Shown: positions 11,215 through 21,382, counted from the whole stretch's first letter. The stretch: DNA of 56,762 bases, filler included, from an uncultured virus (IMG/VR IMGVR_UViG_2049941000_000078) (17 parts of one record of this genome joined end to end with filler, not necessarily neighbours in it), one strand, 5' to 3'. Program-made: numbers and translations. Notes: generated from the sequence alone by a model not told the origin.

Positions 11215-11592
11215 ATGAAGAAAGCAGAATTGGCATTCATCAGCACATTTGTTGGTACGCCTCCATTCCATAACGATATGAATATACTCATAGGTATAAT
11301 GATAGACGGAAAGTTAATAACACACGTTCACTGCCTTCCTCGTATTATAACAAGTATATTCAAACAAATGCATGGCATCCACAGACAAGAGATTGCAAGA
11401 ATGTTTGCTCACGAAATCGTTAGGGAGATCAAGTTGGATAATTGCTTAGAGTTTGGTGAAATCGACATGAGTGATGTGTTTGAAGTCGTAAGACTCAAAT
11501 ATCCCATGCTGGTGATGAAGTTCTTGGATGGTATCAGTATATCTCAGAATCTTTGTACAGGAAACTATGAAGAAGAAAGGACAGACCCCTGA
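11215..11592 (+). CDS. Hypothetical protein (AT-rich accessory gene)
   Basis: Start after AAGGAACT; visibly lower GC than the structural genes. Confidence 0.55.
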   Translation: MKKAELAFISTFVGTPPFHNDMNILIGIMIDGKLITHVHCLPRIITSIFKQMHGIHRQEIARMFAHEIVREIKLDNCLEFGEIDMSDVFEVVRLKYPMLVMKFLDGISISQNLCTGNYEEERTDP

Positions 11593-11629
11593 CATACTCA
11601 ATTATTATTAACTTAAAAGTAAAGGAACT

Positions 11630-11845
11630 ATGAGAGAAGAAATCAAGATTTCGCGGTCGATGGCTCTTAGGATTAGATCCGCGCTGCATACAGGCGGCGA
11701 GGACTTGCACTGGATTGTATGGCGCGAAGACAACGATATGGTATTCAGCGGCCATGAATACCACCTCCAAAAGGCTCGCCAAATGCTGAAATTGGCGAAA
11801 AGTTTGGATAAAATAATCAAAAGTAAACCAAAAACGCAAAAATAA
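11630..11845 (+). CDS. Hypothetical protein
   Basis: AAGGAACTATG start; TAATG coupling to the next gene. Confidence 0.55.
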   Translation: MREEIKISRSMALRIRSALHTGGEDLHWIVWREDNDMVFSGHEYHLQKARQMLKLAKSLDKIIKSKPKTQK

Positions 11846-12288
11846 TGGAAATAAAAAAGATGCTTGAACAATACAAGACATGGATTTGGAGTGTGATTGC
11901 GATCGGCGTGTGCATCATCATCGGTGCGCTCTGCTCGGGTTGCACCACCACGAAGTTGGTGCCGGTGATAGAGCACCAGACCGACACGATATTCCTAACG
12001 AAGCACCAGCGCGACTCCATCTGGCTGCACGACTCCGTGATGGTGCAAACGAAGGGCGACACGCTGATCATAGACCGCTGGCACACCAAGTATGTGGAGA
12101 AACAGATACACGACACCACCTACATTGCCACGCACGACACCATTCCGCAGCCCTACCCAGTGGAGAAGAAGGTGCCCGCCACGCTCTCGTGGATTCAGCA
12201 GGCCAAGCAGTATCTGGCCAACCTGGTGCTGCTGCTGATAGCGGCTGTGGTCATCATCTTTGTGGGCCGCAGAATGCTGAGATTATAG
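11845..12288 (+). CDS. Lipoprotein with C-terminal TM (u-spanin-like), second variant
   Basis: Lipobox CSGC; homologous to 10442..10942 with an identical 3' flank. Confidence 0.6.
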   Translation: MEIKKMLEQYKTWIWSVIAIGVCIIIGALCSGCTTTKLVPVIEHQTDTIFLTKHQRDSIWLHDSVMVQTKGDTLIIDRWHTKYVEKQIHDTTYIATHDTIPQPYPVEKKVPATLSWIQQAKQYLANLVLLLIAAVVIIFVGRRMLRL

Positions 12289-12426
12289 TCTATTTTTCAT
12301 TTAGTTATATTTTTATATGTTAGAACCTGAAAACGACCTGCTGTGAAGCAGTATGCCACAGTCCGCGAGGAGGTAGGCACATGATTTTTGACAATCATAA
12401 ATAATATTTTTAGTTATTATGTTACG

Positions 12427-12460
12427 GGAGGGCTGGCTGACGCTGGCCCTCTTTTTTTTT
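12427..12460 (+). terminator. Intrinsic terminator
   Basis: GAGGGCTGGC-TGAC-GCTGGCCCTC followed by a long T run. Confidence 0.75.
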
Positions 12461-12785
12461 GTGTTTAGGCACAGATTAAATCTAATATTGGGAAAGGCTT
12501 CGATTAAGCGAAGACAGATTGGAAAGCCATTGCTTTCAGTCTGTTGAGCGTGAGAAGGCTCACCGACGAATGTCGGTAAACCTAAGCGGCATTTTCTTCC
12601 GCATTGTAAAGAGAAGAAAATGGCGAAAAATTACTCTATATCTTTTATGAGCCTCAGGGCGCACACCGTCTACACCGTGAACGTGNNNNNNNNNNNNNNN
12701 NNNNNNNNNNNNNNNNNNNNNNNNNNNNNTTAATTAATTAANNNNNNNNNNNNNNNNNNNNNNNNNNNNNNNNNNNNNNNNNNNN

Positions 12786-13314
12786 CAGTGGCGACATCAA
12801 CGTGCTGACCGACAGTGATCAGTCGCTGGCCATCAAGGGCACGGCGCGGCAGAGAACGTGGAATCTCATGCCGTTCTTCTCAAAGTTAACCGACCCAAAC
12901 TCGCAGGGAGTATTCCTCTCGATGGCCAACGTAACGCCATCGCAGGTCACTATCATGATGCACGGCAGCATCTATTGTATAGTGATGGCAGAATTTAATC
13001 AGGCTGGCACTACCATCTCATACACCATCGATGTGGTGAACGAGACCACCAGCGCACGCACCAACGCGAGCATCTACGTGGAGATTAAGAAGATACCAGC
13101 ATCGTCATCTACACCGCCCGAGGAATGGAGCGGCGACGTTTATCACACATACATCACGCGGACCATTGCAGCCAGCACCACCACCCACGTAACGGGCACG
13201 GCATCGGTGACATACGAACAAGACTACATCTATTGGATCATGGCAAGAGTGGAGAACGTGAGTGAGTCAACATCTGGCTACGAGCAGGTTGATGCGGATA
13301 TTTTTAGACCGTAG
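12786..13314 (+). CDS. Virion structural protein, C-terminal fragment
   Basis: Thr/Ser-rich, beta-type composition; followed by a holin-like start at 13337. Confidence 0.45.
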
Positions 13315-13483
13315 AACGTACAAAAAAGGAAAAGATATGGAAATTACATTAGAAGGAATCGTCGCGCTGATAACGCTATTCATTGGCGGTTCGGGCATTG
13401 GCGGNNNNNNNNNNTTCACCATTGAACATTGAACATTGAACATTGAGGGCGACCATTTGGCCGCTCTCTTTTAATTAGGAACT

Positions 13484-13777
13484 ATGAACGAGAAACAGAA
13501 AGACGAACTGCTGAAGCATGTCGTCGGTGCCATTGGCGCAATCAAGGCACAATTTGAAGTGGAGGTTATCAAGGACTACGAGATACCGCCACTTGTGAAC
13601 ACGAAGACGATGCAAGACATCGGATTCGGAGTTAAGTTACAGCTAAACACCCGTTACGACTACGACGAGGAAATGCTGACACAATGGAAGAACATGCTGA
13701 AAGCTGACGAATGGTATATCAGCGTCAAGCGTAACCAGTTGCACGTGACATTCAAAGTGAGATACAAGGAGGACTGA
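13484..13777 (+). CDS. Hypothetical protein
   Basis: AGGAACTATG start; complete ORF. Confidence 0.6.
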   Translation: MNEKQKDELLKHVVGAIGAIKAQFEVEVIKDYEIPPLVNTKTMQDIGFGVKLQLNTRYDYDEEMLTQWKNMLKADEWYISVKRNQLHVTFKVRYKED

Positions 13778-13780
13778 CGT

Positions 13781-14017
13781 ATGACAGAACAACAACGCAA
13801 AGCCATTGAAATACTGAATGGCATCAAGAACGAGCAGAAATTGGACGGTGAGCAAGTAATCAGCGACGACGATTATTTCTTCCTATTGTCGTTCATCATC
13901 GACAAACCGCAGGAGATAACCGTAGCACCGTACCCAGTGATTCAACCATTTCAACCGCTGACACCATACTACGGCCAGCGATGGGAAGTAACATGCAAAA
14001 TGCAAGATGGCGAGTGA
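13781..14017 (+). CDS. Hypothetical protein
   Basis: Tightly packed with neighbours; followed by a Cys-rich ORF 14017..14202. Confidence 0.5.
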   Translation: MTEQQRKAIEILNGIKNEQKLDGEQVISDDDYFFLLSFIIDKPQEITVAPYPVIQPFQPLTPYYGQRWEVTCKMQDGE

Positions 14018-14383
14018 TGGATTGTCAAATGGGTATTCACGTTCAACGTGACAAAAGCGACATCATAACCGATTGCAAGTATTGTCGAAAGACTGACCGC
14101 AAAGGTTTCGGCATGGATTACGCCTACGGTTATGAGTGCTGCATCAAGTACAACAAAAGGAATTGCAAACGCTGTCGGTATTGTTACTTTGGCAAGCGGT
14201 AGCAAATTCTTCACTCTTCACTCTTCACTTCTAAAGTTAAACCCCATAAAAACGGATAAGAAATGGCAAAAGTAAAGTATAGANNNNNNNNNNNNNNNNN
14301 NNNNNNNNNNNNNNNNNNNNNNNNNNNTTAATTAATTAANNNNNNNNNNNNNNNNNNNNNNNNNNNNNNNNNNNNNNNNNNNN

Positions 14384-14888
14384 CGCCGAGAAGAGTGCCA
14401 TCCGACCGATGTACGAGCAATGGGAGAAGGACGGGTGGTTGCACTACTCGCCAGGAGCCGTGTTCCAGCCCGCGCTGTTCGTCAACCGACTGTCCGAGCT
14501 GCTGGGCAAGGGTTGTCAGTTCATGTACTTCGGCTACGACAAGTACCAGTCGAAAGACCCCATCAACGCGCTGAAAGCCTTCCTCCAGTCGAACATGGGC
14601 ATCCAGAACCCCGACCCCTACGTCCAGGTAGTGAGCCAGCTGAACTCGGAGTTCAACGCCCCCACCGACGACCTCTATGCCGCGATGTTCGCCCCCGTGC
14701 CGTTCATATCGTACAGCGCGAGTCCCCTGTGGCCCTTCTGCTTCGGCAATGCCGTGCTCGAAATCGACGGGCGCGGCAACAAACGCCCCGTGAAGAGAGC
14801 CCAGACGGATAGTTGCAAAATCGACCCCGTGCAAGCCATCATCATGGCGTTGGACCTGTATGAGAGGTATGAGGGAAGTCAGCATTAA
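14384..14888 (+). CDS. Terminase large subunit, C-terminus (type B)
   Basis: FGYDKY, WPFCFGNA, KIDPVQAIIMAL; overlaps the end of fragment 15795..16136. Confidence 0.85.
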
Positions 14889-14982
14889 GATGGAAGATGT
14901 ATGAGGGCTGATGTAAGCGTCGGCTCTCTTCATTCTTTCCAATCTATAAAGAATTAGAAAGAATTATAAAGAATAAGGAACT

Positions 14983-15195
14983 ATGAAAGAGAACCATAAA
15001 TTTAAGATTGGCGATCATGTTATGCACATGCCGACTGGTACGCACACCGTTTGGGAAATATCTGGCTATAGTGAGAATGGTTACAGGGTAAAAGAACATC
15101 TTGACTCTGTACGGATATTGTATGAAAAAGAAGATGAATGGGAATTGTACGATTCAGACAAATATCAATCACTGATAAATAATAAGGAACTATGA
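14983..15195 (+). CDS. Hypothetical protein (KFKIGD.V, YorP/SH3-like start)
   Basis: AAGGAACTATG start; overlaps the next ORF 15192..15428. Confidence 0.5.
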   Translation: MKENHKFKIGDHVMHMPTGTHTVWEISGYSENGYRVKEHLDSVRILYEKEDEWELYDSDKYQSLINNKEL

Positions 15196-15424
15196 AGAAA
15201 GTCACGTTCAAAGGCTTAGACCCTGAAGACATGCACACCTGCCAGCATTGCCAGCACTCGTTTCACGACATCGGCATGAATCGGAAGGTGTGCGCCAGGT
15301 CAGGACAGCCCATAGCACCTATGGACTACATACAGGTGAATGACTGCGAGGAATACAAATCGCCGTACCTCTCCGACTATCGGCGAAGGACGGATTTGGA
15401 AAACGAACTTAAACTAAAGGAATT

Positions 15425-15695
15425 ATGAAAAAACAGAAATTGATCTATATCTCCGGCAAGATGGGAGAGAAGAAGCTGAGTCTGAAGACGATCAAGAAAT
15501 TCGAGGCAGCTCAGGAAAGATTGGCGAACGACGGCTGGGCGGTGATAAACCCTGCTGGGAAAGTATTTCAAATCGAAGCCCAGCAACATGTAAAGATTGA
15601 GGAAAAGAAATGGCAGAATCTCGACTTTGGCGAGTTTGACTGGTATGCATGGCTGCTATTATGGGACATGCACAGTCTCGCGCTGTGCGATGCCA
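15425..15695 (+). CDS. DUF4406/nucleoside deoxyribosyltransferase-like protein, partial
   Basis: IYISGKM...F..A..RL...G.AVINPA...D...LALCDA pattern. Confidence 0.65.
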
Positions 15696-15794
15696 NNNNN
15701 NNNNNNNNNNNNNNNNNNNNNNNNNNNNNNNNNNNNNNNTTAATTAATTAANNNNNNNNNNNNNNNNNNNNNNNNNNNNNNNNNNNNNNNNNNN

Positions 15795-16136
15795 NGACCT
15801 ACTACCGCGAGCGACTGCACGAAGCGGCAACGGGAACCGAGGACACCAAGCAGGAGGTGCTGACGAAGGACTTTAATATGTGGCAAGGTTCGAGCGTGGT
15901 GGAGTGGATCAAGGCCGAGCAGATTCGCCCCTTGCAACGCGACATGAGGATAGACCAATGCACAGCCCGCGACGGTTGGGTCATCTTCACAGGCTTGGAC
16001 TTCAGTCAGGGCGACGACCTACACACGGCGGCATATCTGGCGGCAAGAAAGCACCCCAGCGGGCGCGGCACCGAGTTCTTTGCCGACTACGACGCATGGG
16101 TGAAGGAGAGCACCGCCGAGAAGAGTGCCATCCGAC
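15795..16136 (+). CDS. Terminase large subunit fragment (type B nuclease start)
   Basis: TGLDFSQGDD; bridges the fragments at 5093 and 14384. Confidence 0.85.
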
Positions 16137-16482
16137 NNNNNNNNNNNNNNNNNNNNNNNNNNNNNNNNNNNNNNNNNNNNTTAATTAATTAANNNNNNNN
16201 NNNNNNNNNNNNNNNNNNNNNNNNNNNNNNNNNNNNTCAAGATATTAGGCATTAGTGTTGATTAGTTGCTTGTGAGAGTCGGCCAAATGGTCGGCTCTCA
16301 ACAATTCAAAAAGACATGAAAGAGATAACAATAAAAGAAATCGTTTGGTTACTGATTGCTACGGCAGTATTTGGATTGCTCGCGGTCGTATCTGAATGCA
16401 AAGATGTATTGGTCGTTGGCATGATTGTTTATTCAGCGGTCAAAATATCTTATTGGTATGGCAAATTATCGGAAAGGAAAGA

Positions 16483-17472
16483 ATGATTGAACTTGATACC
16501 CTATACAATGAGGATTGCTTGGAAGGCATGAAGCGAATACCAGCTGAAAGCATTGATGCAATTATCTGCGACTTACCATACGGCACGATGGTTCGTTCAA
16601 GCTACGGAAAAGGCGGTGAGTACATGAAAGTGTTCACCAAATGGGACTATGCAATCCCGACCGACAAGCTCTTTGAGCAATACGAGCGAGTGCTACGACG
16701 TGGAGGTGTGGCCGTACTATTCAGTCAAGAGCCATACACAAGCCATCTGCGAACCTATCAGGCAAAGAACCTGGAGTTCTTGTACCCAATGATATGGAAA
16801 AAGGATTCGCCAGGAAATGCTCTTATTGCGAAGTTGGCACCGTGTGGATATTTCGAGGACATCAATGTATTTCGCAAATCGAACCCGATAGTGCGCGACA
16901 TGAATAGCCCTCTGCGTGAATACGTTCGCAAGCTGATTGAGTACACAGGAAAGACAGCAACAAAACTGAAAGATGATTTAGTGTCGGCAGGTGTACCGAA
17001 TCCAAATAGTTATCGTGACTTCTTCTCGCCTAATGCTGAATGGTTGTTCAAACTTTGCATGAGGCATCAGTATGACGTGCTCATCGAACGTTATCACATC
17101 GACAAGATGGAAGGCTTCATGACGTGGGATGAATGCAAAGTGCTTTGGGATGAATCGAACATCGGAAAGTTAGGCGAAAACGTCTTTAATCTGCCAGAAG
17201 GTCAAAAGATATTATCGAACGTCTTGGAGTTCTCCAAAGACACCGACGGCTTTCATCCTACGCAGAAGCCTGTCGCGCTGATTCGTCGGCTCGTTCTCAC
17301 CTACACCAACGAGGGCGACACGGTGCTCGACAACTGTATGGGCAGCGGCACGACCGCCATCGCTTGCATCAAGGAGCGTCGGCACTTCATCGGCTTTGAA
17401 CTCTCAAAGGAATACTTCGACAAGGCCGTGCGACGCATCAAGGCAGAGCAGGCACAGCTGACGCTCTTCTAA
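16483..17472 (+). CDS. DNA N6-adenine/N4-cytosine methyltransferase (beta class)
   Basis: EDCLEGMK, DLPYG catalytic motif, HPTQKP, VLDNCMGSGTT; ends QLTLF. Confidence 0.92.
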   Translation: MIELDTLYNEDCLEGMKRIPAESIDAIICDLPYGTMVRSSYGKGGEYMKVFTKWDYAIPTDKLFEQYERVLRRGGVAVLFSQEPYTSHLRTYQAKNLEFLYPMIWKKDSPGNALIAKLAPCGYFEDINVFRKSNPIVRDMNSPLREYVRKLIEYTGKTATKLKDDLVSAGVPNPNSYRDFFSPNAEWLFKLCMRHQYDVLIERYHIDKMEGFMTWDECKVLWDESNIGKLGENVFNLPEGQKILSNVLEFSKDTDGFHPTQKPVALIRRLVLTYTNEGDTVLDNCMGSGTTAIACIKERRHFIGFELSKEYFDKAVRRIKAEQAQLTLF

Positions 17473-17964
17473 CTCTTCACTTAACATTATGACCGACTTC
17501 GACGAACTTAAACAAACCAAGGCACAGTGCCTGCGGGACATCACCGAGGCACTGCCCGACTACGTGAACCGACTNNNNNNNNNNTGAGCAGGCACAGCTG
17601 ACGCTCTTCTAAGGCAGTAAAGTTAAACCCTTTAAATCGGATAAGAAATGGCAAAAGTNNNNNNNNNNNNNNNNNNNNNNNNNNNNNNNNNNNNNNNNNN
17701 NNNNNNNNNNNNNNNNNNNNNNNNNNNNNNNNNNNNNNNNNNNNNNNNNNNNNNNNNNNNNNNNNNNNNNNNNNNNNNNNNNNNNNNNNNNNNNNNNNNN
17801 NNNNNNNNNNNNNNNNNNNNNNNNNNNNNNNNNNNNNNNNNNNNNNNNNNNNNNNNNNNNNNNNNNNNNNNNNNNNNNNNNNNNNNNNNNNNNNNNNNNN
17901 NNNNNNNNNNNNNNNNNNNNNNNNNNNNNNNNNNNNNNNNNNNNNNNNNNNNNNNNNNNNNNNN

Positions 17965-18444
17965 NTGCGCACCGTTACGCAGGCGGGCAAACCAGAGTTT
18001 GTGAACATTCAGAGCGCAGCAGCCGTGAGCAAGGACGGTGTGACCATCCTCACCATCGAGGGCACCACCAACTCGTCGCAGCTCACCTTCTCGCTCGGTA
18101 GCGGTGCCACGCTCGTGCTGACACTACCATCGACCTACAATGCCAACGGTCTGACCGTAAACAATGGCGACGCTATCAGCGGCGACCCAGGTGCGAGTGC
18201 CGAGTTCCCGTTCTCGATACAGTTCTCTAATATCGGAGTCAATCCGACCATCTCGACGCGCACGGCTCAGTTGACGGTGACCGACCACGCCGGCCATACG
18301 GCATCATGTACCATCACGCAGGCAGAGGGCGATCCAGTGCTTCAGGTATCTCCCGCAAGTGCTTCGCTCGACTGGAATGCTTATTCTGCTGAGACCTCTG
18401 CTTCATTCAGCGTTACCTCGAATACTAACTGGAGCATCGAGTAA
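17965..18444 (+). CDS. BACON/Ig-like tail accessory protein, C-terminal part
   Basis: TVTQAG, ITQAEG, SVTSNTNWSIE; N-terminus probably 29188..29285. Confidence 0.6.
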   Translation, partial: XRTVTQAGKPEFVNIQSAAAVSKDGVTILTIEGTTNSSQLTFSLGSGATLVLTLPSTYNANGLTVNNGDAISGDPGASAEFPFSIQFSNIGVNPTISTRTAQLTVTDHAGHTASCTITQAEGDPVLQVSPASASLDWNAYSAETSASFSVTSNTNWSIE

Positions 18445-18446
18445 CT

Positions 18447-18806
18447 ATGGCAAGCATCAGTATTCCTTGGCGAGACGGACCTGGCAACATTGTCCTGACC
18501 TACACGGGTCAGGGCAATGGCACGGTCGTAGTCACCTCGGACGCTGATAATCTCGACGGCAGGTTGCGCCAGCAGACGGTGACGTTTGTAGTGACCGACG
18601 GAGCCATCCGCAATGAGGTGACAACGGCCAGCAGCCACTTGATCCGTACATCCGACGGCAACACGGTGCGCTCGCTCGACAATACGATGAAGGTTACGGT
18701 GACGGTCATCCAGCAGAAGTCATCGCTGAAGGTGGTGCTGACCGCCAGCGACCATCTCGTTTGCACCGCTTCTGGAAATATCGTAAGATGCAATACTCCT
18801 AATTAA
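18447..18806 (+). CDS. Virion accessory protein with two short internal repeats
   Basis: TASSHLIRTSDGNTVR / TASDHLVCTASGNIVR. Confidence 0.55.
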   Translation: MASISIPWRDGPGNIVLTYTGQGNGTVVVTSDADNLDGRLRQQTVTFVVTDGAIRNEVTTASSHLIRTSDGNTVRSLDNTMKVTVTVIQQKSSLKVVLTASDHLVCTASGNIVRCNTPN

Positions 18807-18818
18807 AAGACAAAGATT

Positions 18819-19214
18819 ATGGCATATACAACAGGTATGATGAACAAGCGCGTGAAGATTGCCAAGCGCGTGGATTCGACGGGTGGCGACTTTGGGCGGA
18901 AATCGGGCGGACAGAAATATCAGATGCTCGGCGAGTTTTGGGCGGCTGAATCGTTCAACAAGGGCGTGAAGTCGATGCGCGAAGGTGCCGTGGATGCTTA
19001 CGACACGGTAATGTTCCGTATGCGCTTCCACGAAGGTATCGACCGCTGGTGCCTCGTGCAGTATCAGGGCCGTTGGTATCAGATTCAGTCGTTCAACGAG
19101 AATTATCAGACCAACGAGATTCAGATCACCGCTATCGAGATGGCTAATCAGCAGGTGACGATCATCGACATAAGTAGTTCCGAATTATCAGGGACTCAAA
19201 TTGGCGAAATATAA
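18819..19214 (+). CDS. Head closure / head-tail adaptor (SPP1 gp16-like)
   Basis: TGMMNKRVKI...FWAA...FRMRF...YQGRWYQIQS. Confidence 0.8.
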   Translation: MAYTTGMMNKRVKIAKRVDSTGGDFGRKSGGQKYQMLGEFWAAESFNKGVKSMREGAVDAYDTVMFRMRFHEGIDRWCLVQYQGRWYQIQSFNENYQTNEIQITAIEMANQQVTIIDISSSELSGTQIGEI

Positions 19215-19241
19215 TGTTTAACAAATAAAAAATAGCAAATT

Positions 19242-19800
19242 ATGGCAAATGGAATTTTTGACATCAGTCAGAGTGATGCCCAACTTCAGGCCATCCTCAA
19301 CAAGATTCAGCCCCTCGCCACTACTGGCGACATGGCCACATTAGGCTTCGGCTACGGTGTCTGCTCTACCGCAGGCTCAACCGCAGCCAAGACGGTGAGC
19401 ATCACCAACACCGTATNNNNNNNNNNNNNNNNNNNNNNNNNNNNNNNNNNNNNNNNNNNNNNNNNNNNNNNCTGGCGGCATTATCGCCGTCCTCTTCCAG
19501 AATGCTTTCACAGCTTCGAGTCCGACACTGAGTGTCAATGGATCAGCAGCAAAGCCAATCAAGTTGTTTGGAAATGCAATGCCGATGGGTAAGGTGAAGA
19601 ACAACACTATTCTCGTTATGAACTACGACGGCACAAACTTTAATGTGATTGCCATCGAATCACAGGTGGCAGCAGCACCAGACGGTGCCGTTGACCTTGC
19701 TCTGCCTTCCGGCGTGCTGTGGGCCGACAAGAACATCGGTGCCACTACACCCTACGAGGACGGTCTGTATTTCTCATGGGGTAATATTACCGGCCATACG
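19242..19800 (+). CDS. Tail-fibre-like protein, putative DGR target (gapped, C-terminus missing)
   Basis: YGVCSTAGSTAAKTV tail-fibre motif; VDLALPSGVLWADKNIGA..G.YFSWG, the N-terminal motif of C-type-lectin-fold domains in Bacteroidetes DGR targets. Confidence 0.75.
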
Positions 19801-19909
19801 NNNNNNNNNNNNNNNNNNNNNNNNNNNNNNNNNNNNNNNNNNNNTTAATTAATTAANNNNNNNNNNNNNNNNNNNNNNNNNNNNNNNNNNNNNNNNNNNN
19901 GAAACGAAT

Positions 19910-20416
19910 ATGGCAACTATCAAAGGACAGAACCTCCGTGTGTTTATGGAGAATGGCTCCGGCCATTACTCCGTGATAGCGGCTGCACAGCAGTGCGACC
20001 TGTCGCTCCGTCTGAATGTGAAGACATCATCGACAAAAGATGACACTGATGATTGGAACGTGGCGACAGTTGTAAACCTGACGTGGGAGATCAGGACACA
20101 GGGTCTCGTGGCCATAGACCCAGAGCGCAACGACACAGCATCACTGCTTGATCGTGTCGGTCAGACGGTGCGCGTAGAACTTGCGACTGCCAGCGGTGAG
20201 CAGAATAGTGATGTCGGCGAGATGATGTTGGCTGGAGATGCCATCATCAGCGACATATCCATCAATGCTCAGGTTGACGAGGAATCGACTTACAACGTGA
20301 CATTGACAGGCAAAAAGAACATGCTCACCGACATCCGCCTGATTATGACCAGCGACCAGCACTATGTCCGCACCACCGACGGCAACCTCGTGGCCGCAGA
20401 GCACGAGGAAATTTAA
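19910..20416 (+). CDS. Tail tube protein paralog with C-terminal extension
   Basis: MATIKGQNLR, SSTKDD...W. Confidence 0.7.
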   Translation: MATIKGQNLRVFMENGSGHYSVIAAAQQCDLSLRLNVKTSSTKDDTDDWNVATVVNLTWEIRTQGLVAIDPERNDTASLLDRVGQTVRVELATASGEQNSDVGEMMLAGDAIISDISINAQVDEESTYNVTLTGKKNMLTDIRLIMTSDQHYVRTTDGNLVAAEHEEI

Positions 20417-20432
20417 CAAGCAANNNNNNNNN

Positions 20433-20865
20433 NCTGACACTTGAAAAGGATAGAAAAGAACCTACATCATGGAATGTGATTCACATGTTCAAGGAGGGCT
20501 CTTTCTGGCACGCTTACGAATGGAGCGCATGGATCATTTGTGCCATCACCTATAATAACGAGAAGCACAAGCGCGACAAAGATACTGAACCTATCGCCGT
20601 AGTCCACAAACCGCTCGGAGGCAAGAAGCAGACAGGTTCATACGCAATGGTCGGCTTTCAGATGCGCTCGCTCGATAAGTATATCCCAAATCGTGTCAAT
20701 ATTGAGACCATCGAAGACAAGCAGATGGACATCACCATCGAACTGCCAAAACCAACCGACGGCTCGGAGATAACCTATGAACGTCTGCAAAAGGCATTCG
20801 AGACGTGGAAGGCCGCTCAACCTCTCAGCAAGAAAGATGATGATGATGACAATGCGCCACAGAAG
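20433..20865 (+). CDS. DGR accessory protein, MutS domain I-like (N-terminal fragment)
   Basis: IHMFKEGSFWHAYEWSA resembles MutS-I LFFRVGDFYELFFEDA; lies beside TR and RT. Confidence 0.65.
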
Positions 20866-20875
20866 NNNNNNNNNN

Positions 20876-21013
20876 CACGGCTCCAACGGGAACTACTGGT
20901 CAAGCTCTCTCAATTCATCAACCAACGGCTACAACCTGAACTTCAATTCAACAGGTGTAAATCCAGCCAACAACAACAATCGCTTCAACGGATTTACTGT
21001 TCGGGCTGTCCAG
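20876..21013 (+). ncRNA. DGR template repeat, 3' part
   Basis: 13 in-frame AAC/AAT codons; translates HGSNGNYWSSSLNSSTNGYNLNFNSTGVNPANNNNRFNGFTVRAVQ (YWSS...R..G..VR.V lectin motif). Confidence 0.88.
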
Positions 21014-21064
21014 CACTCATCAGCGATTTTCGGGCGAGCCTTTTACTTTTCAAGNNNNNNNNNN

Positions 21065-21163
21065 TTAGCGTGGCCATTAGAGCAGAATTCGCCCATCGAG
21101 ACCATCAACTTCGTGGCAGAACTGAAAAAGGAACTGACAATGATATTCATGCAAAGCAAATAA
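21065..21163 (+). CDS. DGR accessory protein, C-terminal fragment
   Basis: LAWPLEQNSPIETINFVAELKKEL..stop, directly upstream of the TR spacer. Confidence 0.55.
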   Translation, partial: LAWPLEQNSPIETINFVAELKKELTMIFMQSK

Positions 21164-21318
21164 TAAAAGGCTCCCAGAACTTCAAGACGAGTTCATAGGT
21201 TGTCCGTCCTTCGGAGGCCGCAAGGCCGAAGCGGGAAAAAGAAAAGATGATCGACGGCTTCCACATCAGGACTCCATCGCATACATCGTAACAGGTGGCA
21301 ACCGATAGAAGATACAGG

Positions 21319-21370
21319 ATTTTCTTCCCCGCCGCTGGCAACAGGAACGGGACTGGGCTCAACAACCACG
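21319..21370 (+). ncRNA. DGR template repeat, 5' part
   Basis: IFFPAAGNRNGTGLNNH; terminal CACG matches the CACGG start of fragment 20876. Confidence 0.85.
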
Positions 21371-21382
21371 NNNNNNNNNNTA

